Of a DNA stretch of 64,000 nucleotides, positions 1 to 9,000 are shown in pieces. Position numbers and translations under genes: made by a program. The stretch covers positions 1 to 64,000 of IMG/VR virus record IMGVR_UViG_3300003690_003063, one strand, 5' to 3'. Position 1 is the first letter of the stretch. Each line of letters opens with the position of its first letter. The notes beneath the pieces were generated by a model that did no database searches, was not told the DNA's origin, and worked only from the letters and a program-made list of their open reading frames with translations. This stretch comes from a virus.

Positions 1-663
1 CCGGCGGCGCCTGCCCCCGTTTTCAATCCTATTTCTACCGCTACTAATCCGGGCATGGCGATGAATGTTCAACAAAATATTATTGCGCTAGGAGGAGACT
101 GCGGAATCTACACCAATCCAAATTGGGCCGATATTCTCAAAACTAGATATATTCATGAGACTACAAACCAGATGTTTATCCGCGTGGATGAGGGTGATAA
201 CACAATAACGCTATGTAAGGTGACGGATATTCCACTGAGCAATTATGAAATGGTGGTCGTCTCCGATTATAATAAAGGTTTTCTTTCTAAGGACGATATT
301 TCTTTTATTTGTGAAAATCATGAATGTGTGTTCTTGGACACAAAAAAACAACTAGGAAATTGGTGTGTGGGGGCCAAATATATAAAGATAAATAGCTCCG
401 AGTACGACAAGACAAAACAGACTGTGACGCCCTGCCTTAAGAACAAACTAATTATTACACATGGAAGCAGGGGTTGCGAATTTCAAGATAAGACATTCCC
501 AGTTAAATCTGTAGGGATTAAAGACGTTTCAGGCGCCGGCGACACCTTCCTATCGGGATTGGTTGTTAAATATTTACAAACAAAAGATATTACTAAAGCA
601 ATAATTTTTGCTAATGAATGTGCCACAACGGTAGTCCAGAGAAGGGGCGTCAGTACCGTATGA
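1..663 (+). CDS. PfkB-family sugar kinase, HldE/RfaE domain I-like (heptose-7-phosphate kinase); 5' end lies before the window
   Basis: Frame 1 is open from base 1 (PAAPAPVF...NPGMAMNV, like the EAPVPV...GGAANV region of HldE); VVSDYNKG and DVSGAGDTF PfkB motifs; C-terminal VVQRRGV. Confidence 0.85.
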   Translation, partial: PAAPAPVFNPISTATNPGMAMNVQQNIIALGGDCGIYTNPNWADILKTRYIHETTNQMFIRVDEGDNTITLCKVTDIPLSNYEMVVVSDYNKGFLSKDDISFICENHECVFLDTKKQLGNWCVGAKYIKINSSEYDKTKQTVTPCLKNKLIITHGSRGCEFQDKTFPVKSVGIKDVSGAGDTFLSGLVVKYLQTKDITKAIIFANECATTVVQRRGVSTV

Positions 664-1058
664 AGAAGATTTTTACAAATGGGTGTTTCGACATACTTCA
701 TCGGGGACATGTTGAGCTGTTGAAACACTGTAAAGGGTTAGGATACGTCATTGTTGGGATGAATAGCGACGAAAGCGTTAAAAGGCTGAAAGGCGCCGAA
801 CGGCCCTTCTTCAATCAAGAGGATAGAAAATTTATGCTTGAATCACTAAAGTTTGTGGATGAAGTGTTCGTATTTGATGAAGATACACCTTATAATTTAA
901 TAAAAACATGTGAACCCGACATCATAGTGAAGGGTGGAGACTATAAGCCAACGGAAGTTGTAGGAAATGATTTGGCTCAGGTCGTCATATTTAATTTTAT
1001 AGGGGACTATTCGACTACCAAAATTATAGAAGGAGATAAAAATGGTATACGTGTTTGA
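660..1058 (+). CDS. Cytidylyltransferase-like ADP-heptose synthase (HldE/RfaE domain II-like)
   Basis: FTNGCFDILHRGH (HxGH), GMNSDESVKRLKG..RP, KGGDY, YSTT; ATG at 660 overlaps the upstream stop (ATGA). Confidence 0.9.
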   Translation: MKKIFTNGCFDILHRGHVELLKHCKGLGYVIVGMNSDESVKRLKGAERPFFNQEDRKFMLESLKFVDEVFVFDEDTPYNLIKTCEPDIIVKGGDYKPTEVVGNDLAQVVIFNFIGDYSTTKIIEGDKNGIRV

Positions 1059-1362
1059 CATCGACGGCACCATTTGCGAAAACTCAGATAGCGACTATGA
1101 GAATTCTACTCCCATAGAGGAAAGAATAGAGAAAGTTAACGAGCTTTATGCTGACGGCCATACCGTTATTTTTCAAACCGCTCGCGGAATGGGTCGTAGC
1201 GGGAATTCAGTAGCGTATGCTCACAAGGCATTTTATGAATTGACCAAAAACCAATTAAATTCATGGGGCGTTAAATACCATGCTCTTTTTTTGGGGAAAC
1301 CGTCTGGTGATTATTACATTGATGATAAAGGAATTAGAGATGAAGACTTCTTTATCGATTAA
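1042..1362 (+). CDS. Small HAD-superfamily phosphatase (capsule-biosynthesis-phosphatase-like)
   Basis: FDIDGT motif I, TARG motif II, GKP...YIDDK motifs III/IV; AGGAG upstream. Confidence 0.8.
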   Translation: MVYVFDIDGTICENSDSDYENSTPIEERIEKVNELYADGHTVIFQTARGMGRSGNSVAYAHKAFYELTKNQLNSWGVKYHALFLGKPSGDYYIDDKGIRDEDFFID

Positions 1363-1699
1363 GTTTGTTGCGAAGGGGTGGGGTTTTGAAAAATGGATTG
1401 TAAATTGTGAAGAATACTGCGGAAAGCTGTTATACTTCGTAAAAGGAAAGAGATGTTCATGGCATTATCATGTATTAAAAGATGAGGTGTTTTATGTACA
1501 GTCAGGCAAATTGTTAGTGAAATATTCGGATCGCGATGATCTTAACGCAGCTCAAGAAGTCGTTCTTGAAGCTGGCGATAATTTTCATGTGTATCGTGGA
1601 TTAAGACATCAGATGTTTGCGTTGAAGGATACTGAACTTTTTGAGTTTTCTACGCAACATTTTGAGGAAGATAGTTATAGAATTGTTAAAGGAGATTAA
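1340..1699 (+). CDS. Cupin-domain protein (sugar isomerase-like)
   Basis: KGWGFEKW, CSWHYHVLKDEVFYV and RHQM cupin His/Glu motifs; internal ATG at 1340 preferred to the 1280 start. Confidence 0.75.
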   Translation: MKTSLSIKFVAKGWGFEKWIVNCEEYCGKLLYFVKGKRCSWHYHVLKDEVFYVQSGKLLVKYSDRDDLNAAQEVVLEAGDNFHVYRGLRHQMFALKDTELFEFSTQHFEEDSYRIVKGD

Positions 1700-1701
1700 A
1701 A

Positions 1702-1929
1702 ATGAAATTAACTAATCAAGCTGTTGGCGCCGTTATGATGGCGCTGCAAAAATCGTTAATGGAACAAAGCGATATAGTTCCAGTGTTACAAGGGATGGAT
1801 TTTCAGCCTGAAGATTCAAGTCATTCGACTCTTATAGTAACAAACCCACCAGTTGTCCAATTGGATAATTTGGAGGCACCACTACCATTCACTATTGAAG
1901 AGGTAGAAGAATCAGAAGAGGAGGAATAA
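1702..1929 (+). CDS. Hypothetical protein with acidic C-terminus
   Basis: 75-aa ORF with AAGGAG upstream, in operon. Confidence 0.7.
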   Translation: MKLTNQAVGAVMMALQKSLMEQSDIVPVLQGMDFQPEDSSHSTLIVTNPPVVQLDNLEAPLPFTIEEVEESEEEE

Positions 1930-1931
1930 AA

Positions 1932-2105
1932 ATGGTACTAAACAAGAAAAAGTCTAAAGGACCGAGCTTGATCACGCGTTCAGAAGCCGAAGAATTAACA
2001 GAAAATTTACTTCGGAATGCCTTTCGCGAGCAGGCCCGAGATCTAGAAAAGCATCTTCGCGATATACACGAAAGATTGCGATCTTTAGAAACTACGCGCC
2101 GATAA
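1932..2105 (+). CDS. Small hypothetical coiled-coil protein (57 aa, not in ORF track)
   Basis: MVLNKKKSKGPSLITRSEAEELTENLLRNAFREQARDLEKHLRDIHERLRSLETTRR; GGAGG upstream; fills the gap between neighbours. Confidence 0.65.
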   Translation: MVLNKKKSKGPSLITRSEAEELTENLLRNAFREQARDLEKHLRDIHERLRSLETTRR

Positions 2106-2120
2106 CGATAAGTATAATAT

Positions 2121-2369
2121 ATGCCGAGGTATTTATATAAATGTAATGAGTGCGATAACGAGGTGACAATTTTTCATCTCGTTAGCGAAAAAGCTGCCGA
2201 ATGTCCAGAATGCGGCTCAGACACTTCATTAGAAAAATTATTGACCTCGTTTACAACTTATACTGAAACTAGAACTAAGAAGAAAGTAGGCGCTATGACA
2301 GAAGAATTTATTGAAACAGCTACGGGAGAATTAAAGCAACAAAAGAAAGACTTAGAGGATAAAAGGTGA
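2121..2369 (+). CDS. FmdB-family zinc-ribbon protein
   Basis: MPRYLYKCNEC...CPECGS pattern. Confidence 0.8.
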   Translation: MPRYLYKCNECDNEVTIFHLVSEKAAECPECGSDTSLEKLLTSFTTYTETRTKKKVGAMTEEFIETATGELKQQKKDLEDKR

Positions 2370-2722
2370 TGATATTATATACTATTATATCTATATCGGT
2401 TATTTTAAATCTATTTTTGCTGTGGTATGTGACAAGAGTTTTAAAAAAGTTTCTATTTATATCTGAAAATCTTGCAGATTTATACCTTACCACCAAATCA
2501 TTCCACATATTTGTTAAGAATATGTATAGTATGGAAACCTATCACGGCGAGCCCATGATTCAGGAGTTGGTGGAAAGAATGAAAGAGGTAATCGAGGAAA
2601 TTGAAATCTTTAGAGAAATTTTTGAATATAGCCTGGACGACGAATTAGAGGAAGAATTAAATGCCGCAGATAAAGAGACAGAAACGCAGCCCCAAGAACC
2701 ATTATTTCACACACCTTCATGA
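2366..2722 (+). CDS. Hypothetical membrane-anchored protein
   Basis: N-terminal hydrophobic helix, acidic tail; overlaps neighbours. Confidence 0.65.
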   Translation: MMILYTIISISVILNLFLLWYVTRVLKKFLFISENLADLYLTTKSFHIFVKNMYSMETYHGEPMIQELVERMKEVIEEIEIFREIFEYSLDDELEEELNAADKETETQPQEPLFHTPS

Positions 2723-3359
2723 AGAAGCCATTGTAAAATATGCTTCTTCCAATGACCTGGAATTAAAAACAAAGCTCTATATTGAATATATACAGCCAGC
2801 GTTTGATCAGATGGTTGATAAAATTATTTATACCTATCGCTTTACTACATTGCCTAACATCGACTATTTGAAGTCAGATTGTAAAGTGTGGTTGACCACA
2901 ATTCTTGATAAGTATGATCCAAACAAAGGATCAAAAGCGTTTTCATATTTTTCAGTTGTTACAAAAAATTGGTTTATCCATAAGGTTAAAAAAACACAAA
3001 AACGGAACCGAACAGAAATTTTTATTGAAGATATGACACACGAGCTTGATGAGAACCTTATCTCTAAAGAGCCTACTTATGAAGAAAAAAGAACTGATAT
3101 GGAATTTTGGGGCTCTTTGAATGGAGAGATAAATACCTGGGATTCTTTTATGTTAAAAGAAAATGAAAAAAAAGTTTTGATGGCGGTTCGTATTCTATTA
3201 GACTCTGCTGATACAATTGAAATTTTTAATAAAAAGGCTATTTACTTATATCTACGAGAGATTACTGGATTAAACACCAAACAGGTTGTAAATAATTTAA
3301 ACAAGTTGAGAAAACGATACAGGATATTTAAAGATAAATGGGAAAGCGGCGAAATCTAA
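2661..3359 (+). CDS. Phage RNA polymerase sigma factor (late, gp55-like)
   Basis: Sigma region-2-like LDKYDPNKGSKAFSYFSVVTKNWFI; C-terminal HTH-like LREITGLNTKQVVNNLNKLR. Confidence 0.7.
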   Translation: MPQIKRQKRSPKNHYFTHLHEEAIVKYASSNDLELKTKLYIEYIQPAFDQMVDKIIYTYRFTTLPNIDYLKSDCKVWLTTILDKYDPNKGSKAFSYFSVVTKNWFIHKVKKTQKRNRTEIFIEDMTHELDENLISKEPTYEEKRTDMEFWGSLNGEINTWDSFMLKENEKKVLMAVRILLDSADTIEIFNKKAIYLYLREITGLNTKQVVNNLNKLRKRYRIFKDKWESGEI

Positions 3360-3646
3360 ATTTAGATGATTATATAAACGAAACAACCACAAACATCCGG
3401 GAGGATCGTGCGCTGGCTAAGTCTTTATTAATGGATGCGATGAGTGACATGAAACTATCTGACTCAGCTCGGAAAGAACTCGGGTCTGTTGCGGCTAAAT
3501 ATGTAGAAAACCTCCAACGTTCAAACGAACAAATGGTTAGGATAGCTGCTCTTATTCAAAAGCAAACTTCTTATAATTTTGGTCTTACGCCTGACGATAA
3601 GGAACAGCTATTTGATCTCTTAAATGAGAACGAGGAAAAAGATTAA
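3338..3646 (+). CDS. Hypothetical helical protein
   Basis: 102-aa ORF coupled to both neighbours. Confidence 0.65.
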   Translation: MGKRRNLNLDDYINETTTNIREDRALAKSLLMDAMSDMKLSDSARKELGSVAAKYVENLQRSNEQMVRIAALIQKQTSYNFGLTPDDKEQLFDLLNENEEKD

Positions 3647-5038
3647 ATGGCCAATGGAAAAATCTCCGATGAGCTAAGACCCCAGGATATTGACAATGTC
3701 TACGGAGCGATGAATTCGCTCGAGCCGGATTCGGGCCCAATCGCCGATCGTAATGTTACAACTTCTACAGATGCTCTTTTAACGGTCATCTCGGAGATAT
3801 ATACTCCTAATACCTTAAAGAACAAAAATCAATTTAATGGTATTGTATTATACACAAAACCAAGTGCGTTTCCTTTAAGGGAATCTAAAGATGCTTATTG
3901 GGAGGCCCTGGCAGTCCAGGAGGCGGGCTCTTCATACGAATGGACGGGTGGTTCACTTTACTATTATTATTATGTTCTTATTCCAGAACTTGAACCCACC
4001 CCAATCGATTGGGATGACAAAGAGTCTATTCCAAAACGTATAGCAACTTTTGATTTAACGTATATGTCTGTTGAGTTAGTTAACGCCGGCCTTAATAAAA
4101 GGATTACCCCTGGTACCAAAGTGACTGTACAGTTCGGGGATACCTATCATCTAAAGCAGCCGAATATTATTGACATTGGGCCCCTAATCTTTAGTTTTGA
4201 TATAACGGGATTGGTGTCTAAGGAAAACTTTCCATATGGACGCCCGGCCAGCTTATTAGGTGCTGTGGGCAGAGATGGCGATCATGTTAACCCCCGCGGT
4301 AACAGTGGCCAGATGAGTGCCGCAAATGCCCACCTCGCACCAGCGAAACATACTCCTGATGATATAAAAAAATGTTCGGATAGATATGATTCTGATACTT
4401 CTATTGGGGGAAGCGCGCGAGCCAAGAATGATAAGAAAATTCTACTCTTACATCCAGAAGCACAGCCATATTGTAAATGCTTTATAGTTCGTTGTCATGA
4501 TAATAAGATAAAGATTAGTTTAAATTCTACTGGTCGCACCAACGAATGGCAGATGGAACATCGGCGCTGCTGGGTCGAGGGAAAGGCCTGCCAAACAATT
4601 CTGTGTGCTAAGGGCAATGCGGATCCCGGAGTATCGACGAAAAACGTTCAACGAGGGTCAAACGGCATAATTGGCGCGCCTACGGGAGGAAGTTGGCACC
4701 TGGCTGGCTTTGCGTGGGATTTTAATCCCACCATTACAACATCTGATGGCAAAAAAGTGACTTTAAGGAATGCTTCTTCTTCGACCTTATGGGATAACAG
4801 TGGTATAGGCGAGATAGCCAACTCCTTAGGCCTTTGGTGGGGGGGCGGTGGTCCGACAGGTGAGGATATTAATGATCAAATTCATGTCGGTGGCGGCAGT
4901 ATTTTGAAGAGGCTTACCAATAGTGGATTGAACGCAGCATACAAGGTGCTTCATGCTACCCAGAAACAGGGGCGCCATTCTACTAATATAGATATTGAGA
5001 AGTGGAAGCAAGATAACCCCAATAGTGGAACGCCATAA
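3647..5038 (+). CDS. Baseplate-hub-associated protein with C-terminal M15-family peptidoglycan peptidase
   Basis: LHPEAQ...STGRT...SWHLAGFAWDF...GLWWGG...DQIHV matches the M15 R/SxH/D/H ligand pattern; upstream of gp25/gp6. Confidence 0.65.
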   Translation: MANGKISDELRPQDIDNVYGAMNSLEPDSGPIADRNVTTSTDALLTVISEIYTPNTLKNKNQFNGIVLYTKPSAFPLRESKDAYWEALAVQEAGSSYEWTGGSLYYYYYVLIPELEPTPIDWDDKESIPKRIATFDLTYMSVELVNAGLNKRITPGTKVTVQFGDTYHLKQPNIIDIGPLIFSFDITGLVSKENFPYGRPASLLGAVGRDGDHVNPRGNSGQMSAANAHLAPAKHTPDDIKKCSDRYDSDTSIGGSARAKNDKKILLLHPEAQPYCKCFIVRCHDNKIKISLNSTGRTNEWQMEHRRCWVEGKACQTILCAKGNADPGVSTKNVQRGSNGIIGAPTGGSWHLAGFAWDFNPTITTSDGKKVTLRNASSSTLWDNSGIGEIANSLGLWWGGGGPTGEDINDQIHVGGGSILKRLTNSGLNAAYKVLHATQKQGRHSTNIDIEKWKQDNPNSGTP

Positions 5039-6079
5039 ATGGCACATAAACCGGTCAAAGAAACAACCGCCGTCAATTTTGACAACCTCCCAGCAGTCGC
5101 GCGCCAAGCAATTGATCGCCGGCAGCCGCACGAGGTTGCCGATTATATTGGAATTAACAACAAGAACCGCAAGCATTGGGATACCCCATTTTATAATAAG
5201 GCTGAAGGGGAAAAGGTTGTTAGCAAAGGCAACGCCTATATTGTGTGGGGCCGCGACCGACGAGATTTAACATGTACTGGTTTCGGCGGCGCAGGTTCCT
5301 ATCATTGCGCATCTATTGATCTCGTTGTCGGCCGCGGCGCCAGCGAGGCGGCGAAAGTAGACAACAACGGCGCCCAGATACATGTCGACCCCGACTTTAA
5401 AGTCGATGCGGCAAGAATATACATCAGCCAGAAATCTGATGTTGACGGTTATTTTGGATTAGGGATGACAAGTAGTCCGTGGAGTGGCGAGGACCCACCG
5501 ATGGCCATAGGCGAAGCGCGCCGAACGATGGGGTTTACAACACAGGAGTCGCCGCGCTCAACGATTGCTTTAAAAGCCGATACTTTGCGATTCATATCCC
5601 GAGAAAACATTATGCTGGTTACGCGAACCGACACGCGAAATTCTCAGGGCGGCAAGACAGACAACTCATGGACTGGCAACTTTGGAATTGATCTGGTGGG
5701 CATGAATCAGTTTAATGATCTCCAGCCGATGGTAAGAGGAGATCATTTGGTTCTATGTCTTGCAGATATCGTGGAATCGATTCAGAGCTTACGAACATTA
5801 TTGGATAATTATATTGAGTATAATAATGGCTTTAATAGAAAGGTAATGTTTCATCAACACCCCCCGGCCATTCCTTACAGCACGATTTTCCCCTCCATTC
5901 AGGACACCCTTCCCGAAGGTGTGGACTTCACTATTAATTCTGCTTTAAATGTAGAAGTTCCTTCCCAACTACAACATTCACAAGAATGCGGCAGCATCTC
6001 AAATAAATATCTTAAAAAAGACGGCGGCTCCCGCGACGATAAGAAGTATATTTTAAGCATTTATAACAGGAATAATTAA
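5039..6079 (+). CDS. Putative baseplate spike / gp5 C-terminal-like protein
   Basis: Beta-rich IDLVVGR, ARIYISQK, IALKADTLRFISRE; QPMVRGD..L and HQH motif near C-terminus; position before gp25. Confidence 0.5.
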   Translation: MAHKPVKETTAVNFDNLPAVARQAIDRRQPHEVADYIGINNKNRKHWDTPFYNKAEGEKVVSKGNAYIVWGRDRRDLTCTGFGGAGSYHCASIDLVVGRGASEAAKVDNNGAQIHVDPDFKVDAARIYISQKSDVDGYFGLGMTSSPWSGEDPPMAIGEARRTMGFTTQESPRSTIALKADTLRFISRENIMLVTRTDTRNSQGGKTDNSWTGNFGIDLVGMNQFNDLQPMVRGDHLVLCLADIVESIQSLRTLLDNYIEYNNGFNRKVMFHQHPPAIPYSTIFPSIQDTLPEGVDFTINSALNVEVPSQLQHSQECGSISNKYLKKDGGSRDDKKYILSIYNRNN

Positions 6080-9000
6080 ATGGGAGATACTCCAACCTCG
6101 ATATCTGCTATAAAAATGAATACGTTTTATAGCAAAAATGGGCCAAAAATTCCCTTTTCTGAGACTTTTAAGGGGGCTGGTTATTCTCAGACCTTCTATT
6201 ATGTAGTTATTAAAATTGATAATACTGCCTCTTGGATGACCTCTGATGTTACTTCGTTGGGGGAGGCGAATCAAAATAGTGCTCTTAAAAGCAAAGCAAT
6301 AGATTATTTTATTGAGCACTATCTTCCAGGATTTTACCCTTTTGTAAAGGGAATTCAAACCACGGCAGAGCAGACAGATTATGGAAGTGCCTATACGACA
6401 CTGCGCTCCGAGATTGAGAGCACATTGTCGGCCTTCAACTTTCGTATACCGCCTGCGCAAAAACCTAAAGTCATTTATTCTACTGAATATCCTTTTGTAG
6501 AAAATGCATCCTCTGCGGGGGTACCTGATGCATCCCAGGGGATAATCCGCTATAATAATTACAGGAATCACGGCTCCGCTGCGACTTATACCAAGATTGA
6601 TCTATCAACGATGCCTCTTAACCAGGGTAGTTTTGAGGGCTTTATGGCAACATTTAGCAATCAATTAAATAACTTCCCAGGCCAGATTAGCTTGGATTTG
6701 AATGCCAATATGCTCAAGACTAGTGTTGAAAAAATATTACAACTTATGATTAAAGAGCTCACAAATATTATGAGTCTTGAGAAGATCTCGGCATATCAGC
6801 ATGGAGATTATTTAGAGATAGGTTTCAGCGAGAGTACTCGTATTACAGTAGTAAATTTTAAAATTAGTGGAACTGATGGAGAACTTACGACCGGATTTAT
6901 CACTAACACCGAATATAATGGATTCTTGAGTGACCCCTTAACACTAATAACTCTTAAAAATTATGAAGATATTTTAGTAGATAGCCAACAAAGTTCGCGC
7001 TTGGGAGAGCAGTCTTCTTTTACGGGTTGGATCGATCGCTTAGGTGGTACCTCGGATGGCTCGGGGACATATACCCCCGACAACGCATTGGGTCCGTGGA
7101 ATAATATTTTTGCCGGCAGAGAGGGAGAAGATCCTATTGATATTAGGGACGTTCAAAGGATTGAAAAGATTTTTTCTACTTTTAAGTCTTCGAAACAACT
7201 TCAAGAAATTGAAAATTATGTTAGTGATCCAAAAGTAAGAAAGCAAGCCCTACAGCAAGAAAAAGCTAAAAGAATTAATGCGGGGATTGCCATGGCAGAT
7301 GTTATCGATAAGGCATTAAAATTTGAGTTTCCATTAGCGGGACTTGGTGATACCAAAGAGGGGCGTATTATCAATCAGATTATAAATCAGTTTGGGATTC
7401 AAGAACTTGCCAAAGAAGCTCTTATCTGCTTGACTCAAGGAGCAGGAGTTTCTTTATCTAGGATAAGTACTGCTGTTAAAAATGAGCTATTGAGTATGAG
7501 CTCCGCGCCTATGTATACGGCGCCCACCAATCCTCCCAATGCTTTAAAGAAGCCCGACCTCGGGGACTTTAAGGCATATTTTTCTATTAGCGGCGACCCA
7601 CCTCTTTGGAGACAAATATTAGATATTATCCTGGGCGCCCTTGCCAACGCAGCATTTTCAATTATTAAAGCCTTGGCTGATATGTTTAAGTATAACTGTG
7701 CTGACCTCTGGGCCGGCGACATTGGTGCGATGGATGCCGGCGAAGAACTGTTGAGCATGATGAACCCGCAGACCGACCGTACGGAGGTACCAGCAATTGA
7801 TGGTGGCATAGATCCCGAGTTTTGGCCTGATCCCTCCACGGATCATATGGAACATATTCAGAATTGCTTTTTTAGATTTGGGTTTTCTGATACGCAAGCG
7901 GGCTTTTTATATTTGAGTGTGGTTTCAACGATATTGTCGCCGACCGAAATCTGTAAATTATTCAATTCTCCGGGAGATGTTGACCAGGAAACTTTTGATA
8001 GAATATTGGAATTTAATGAAAATTATGATGATAGTGCTGTGCGCGACAACATGGCAAATTATAGTGCGATATCCACGTTTTTTTCTTGTGCCTCATCCCA
8101 GGTGGATACAACCACTCTATGTAATACTTATATTAATGACGTCGTTGCACGACTAGAGAAAAGAGACTGTCCTATCTGTTTGGATGAAGGGGCCCTTGCG
8201 CTGGACCCGGCCATCGCTGAATTAGTTAATATTATAGATGGCGGCATCACTATTGAAATACCCCCAATTGATTTTCTTTGTCCAGAAAGCGAGCAGTACT
8301 TAGACAATCCGATAATCAAGAACACAATACCAAACCTTATGTATACTCTTGTTGAGTCAATAGGCCTATACATGGGGTCTTCCATCGAAGGCGCGCGCCA
8401 GGCTATGCTAGAACCGGTGGTAACTACACAAATAAATGCGGCTTTAGCTGGTGCTCTGGCAGCCGCCGGAGTCGTGCAGGAGCCGTCGGAATTTGACCCT
8501 GAGGTTTTGGATGTACTCATGAATATCTTCACGACTATCTCTGATACGCTCAACGCCATGAACGACCCAGCACTTTGTCCCGATCTGGATTTATCAAAGA
8601 TCCCTCAGATCGTTGAGGTTTTAGAGGCCATCACTATGGGGGCCGACTTAGCGGCGGTTATTACCGAAGCATCCGCTGAAGCGGCCGCCGAAATTGCGGA
8701 GAAGCTTGAAGGAGTACAGGCTAACGCCGCCGAAGGCACTAACGTAGCGGCTTCTCCCTATGTAACATATAGATTTAATGAAGGTTATAAAAATCGATTT
8801 AGATATGCTATCGACCCCATGGTTTATACTTATGACGTCGGTACCGGGCGTACTGCGGGCGCCCCGGCCCCCGCCGCTAGCCTCATACCGACGATGAATG
8901 AAATGGATCTTAATGTTATGACGTCGGATTACTCGAGTTGGAACTCGACTGCCTACGGCCAACTACAGTTGAGATTTAATTTCAATCGACGCGGGGAAGT

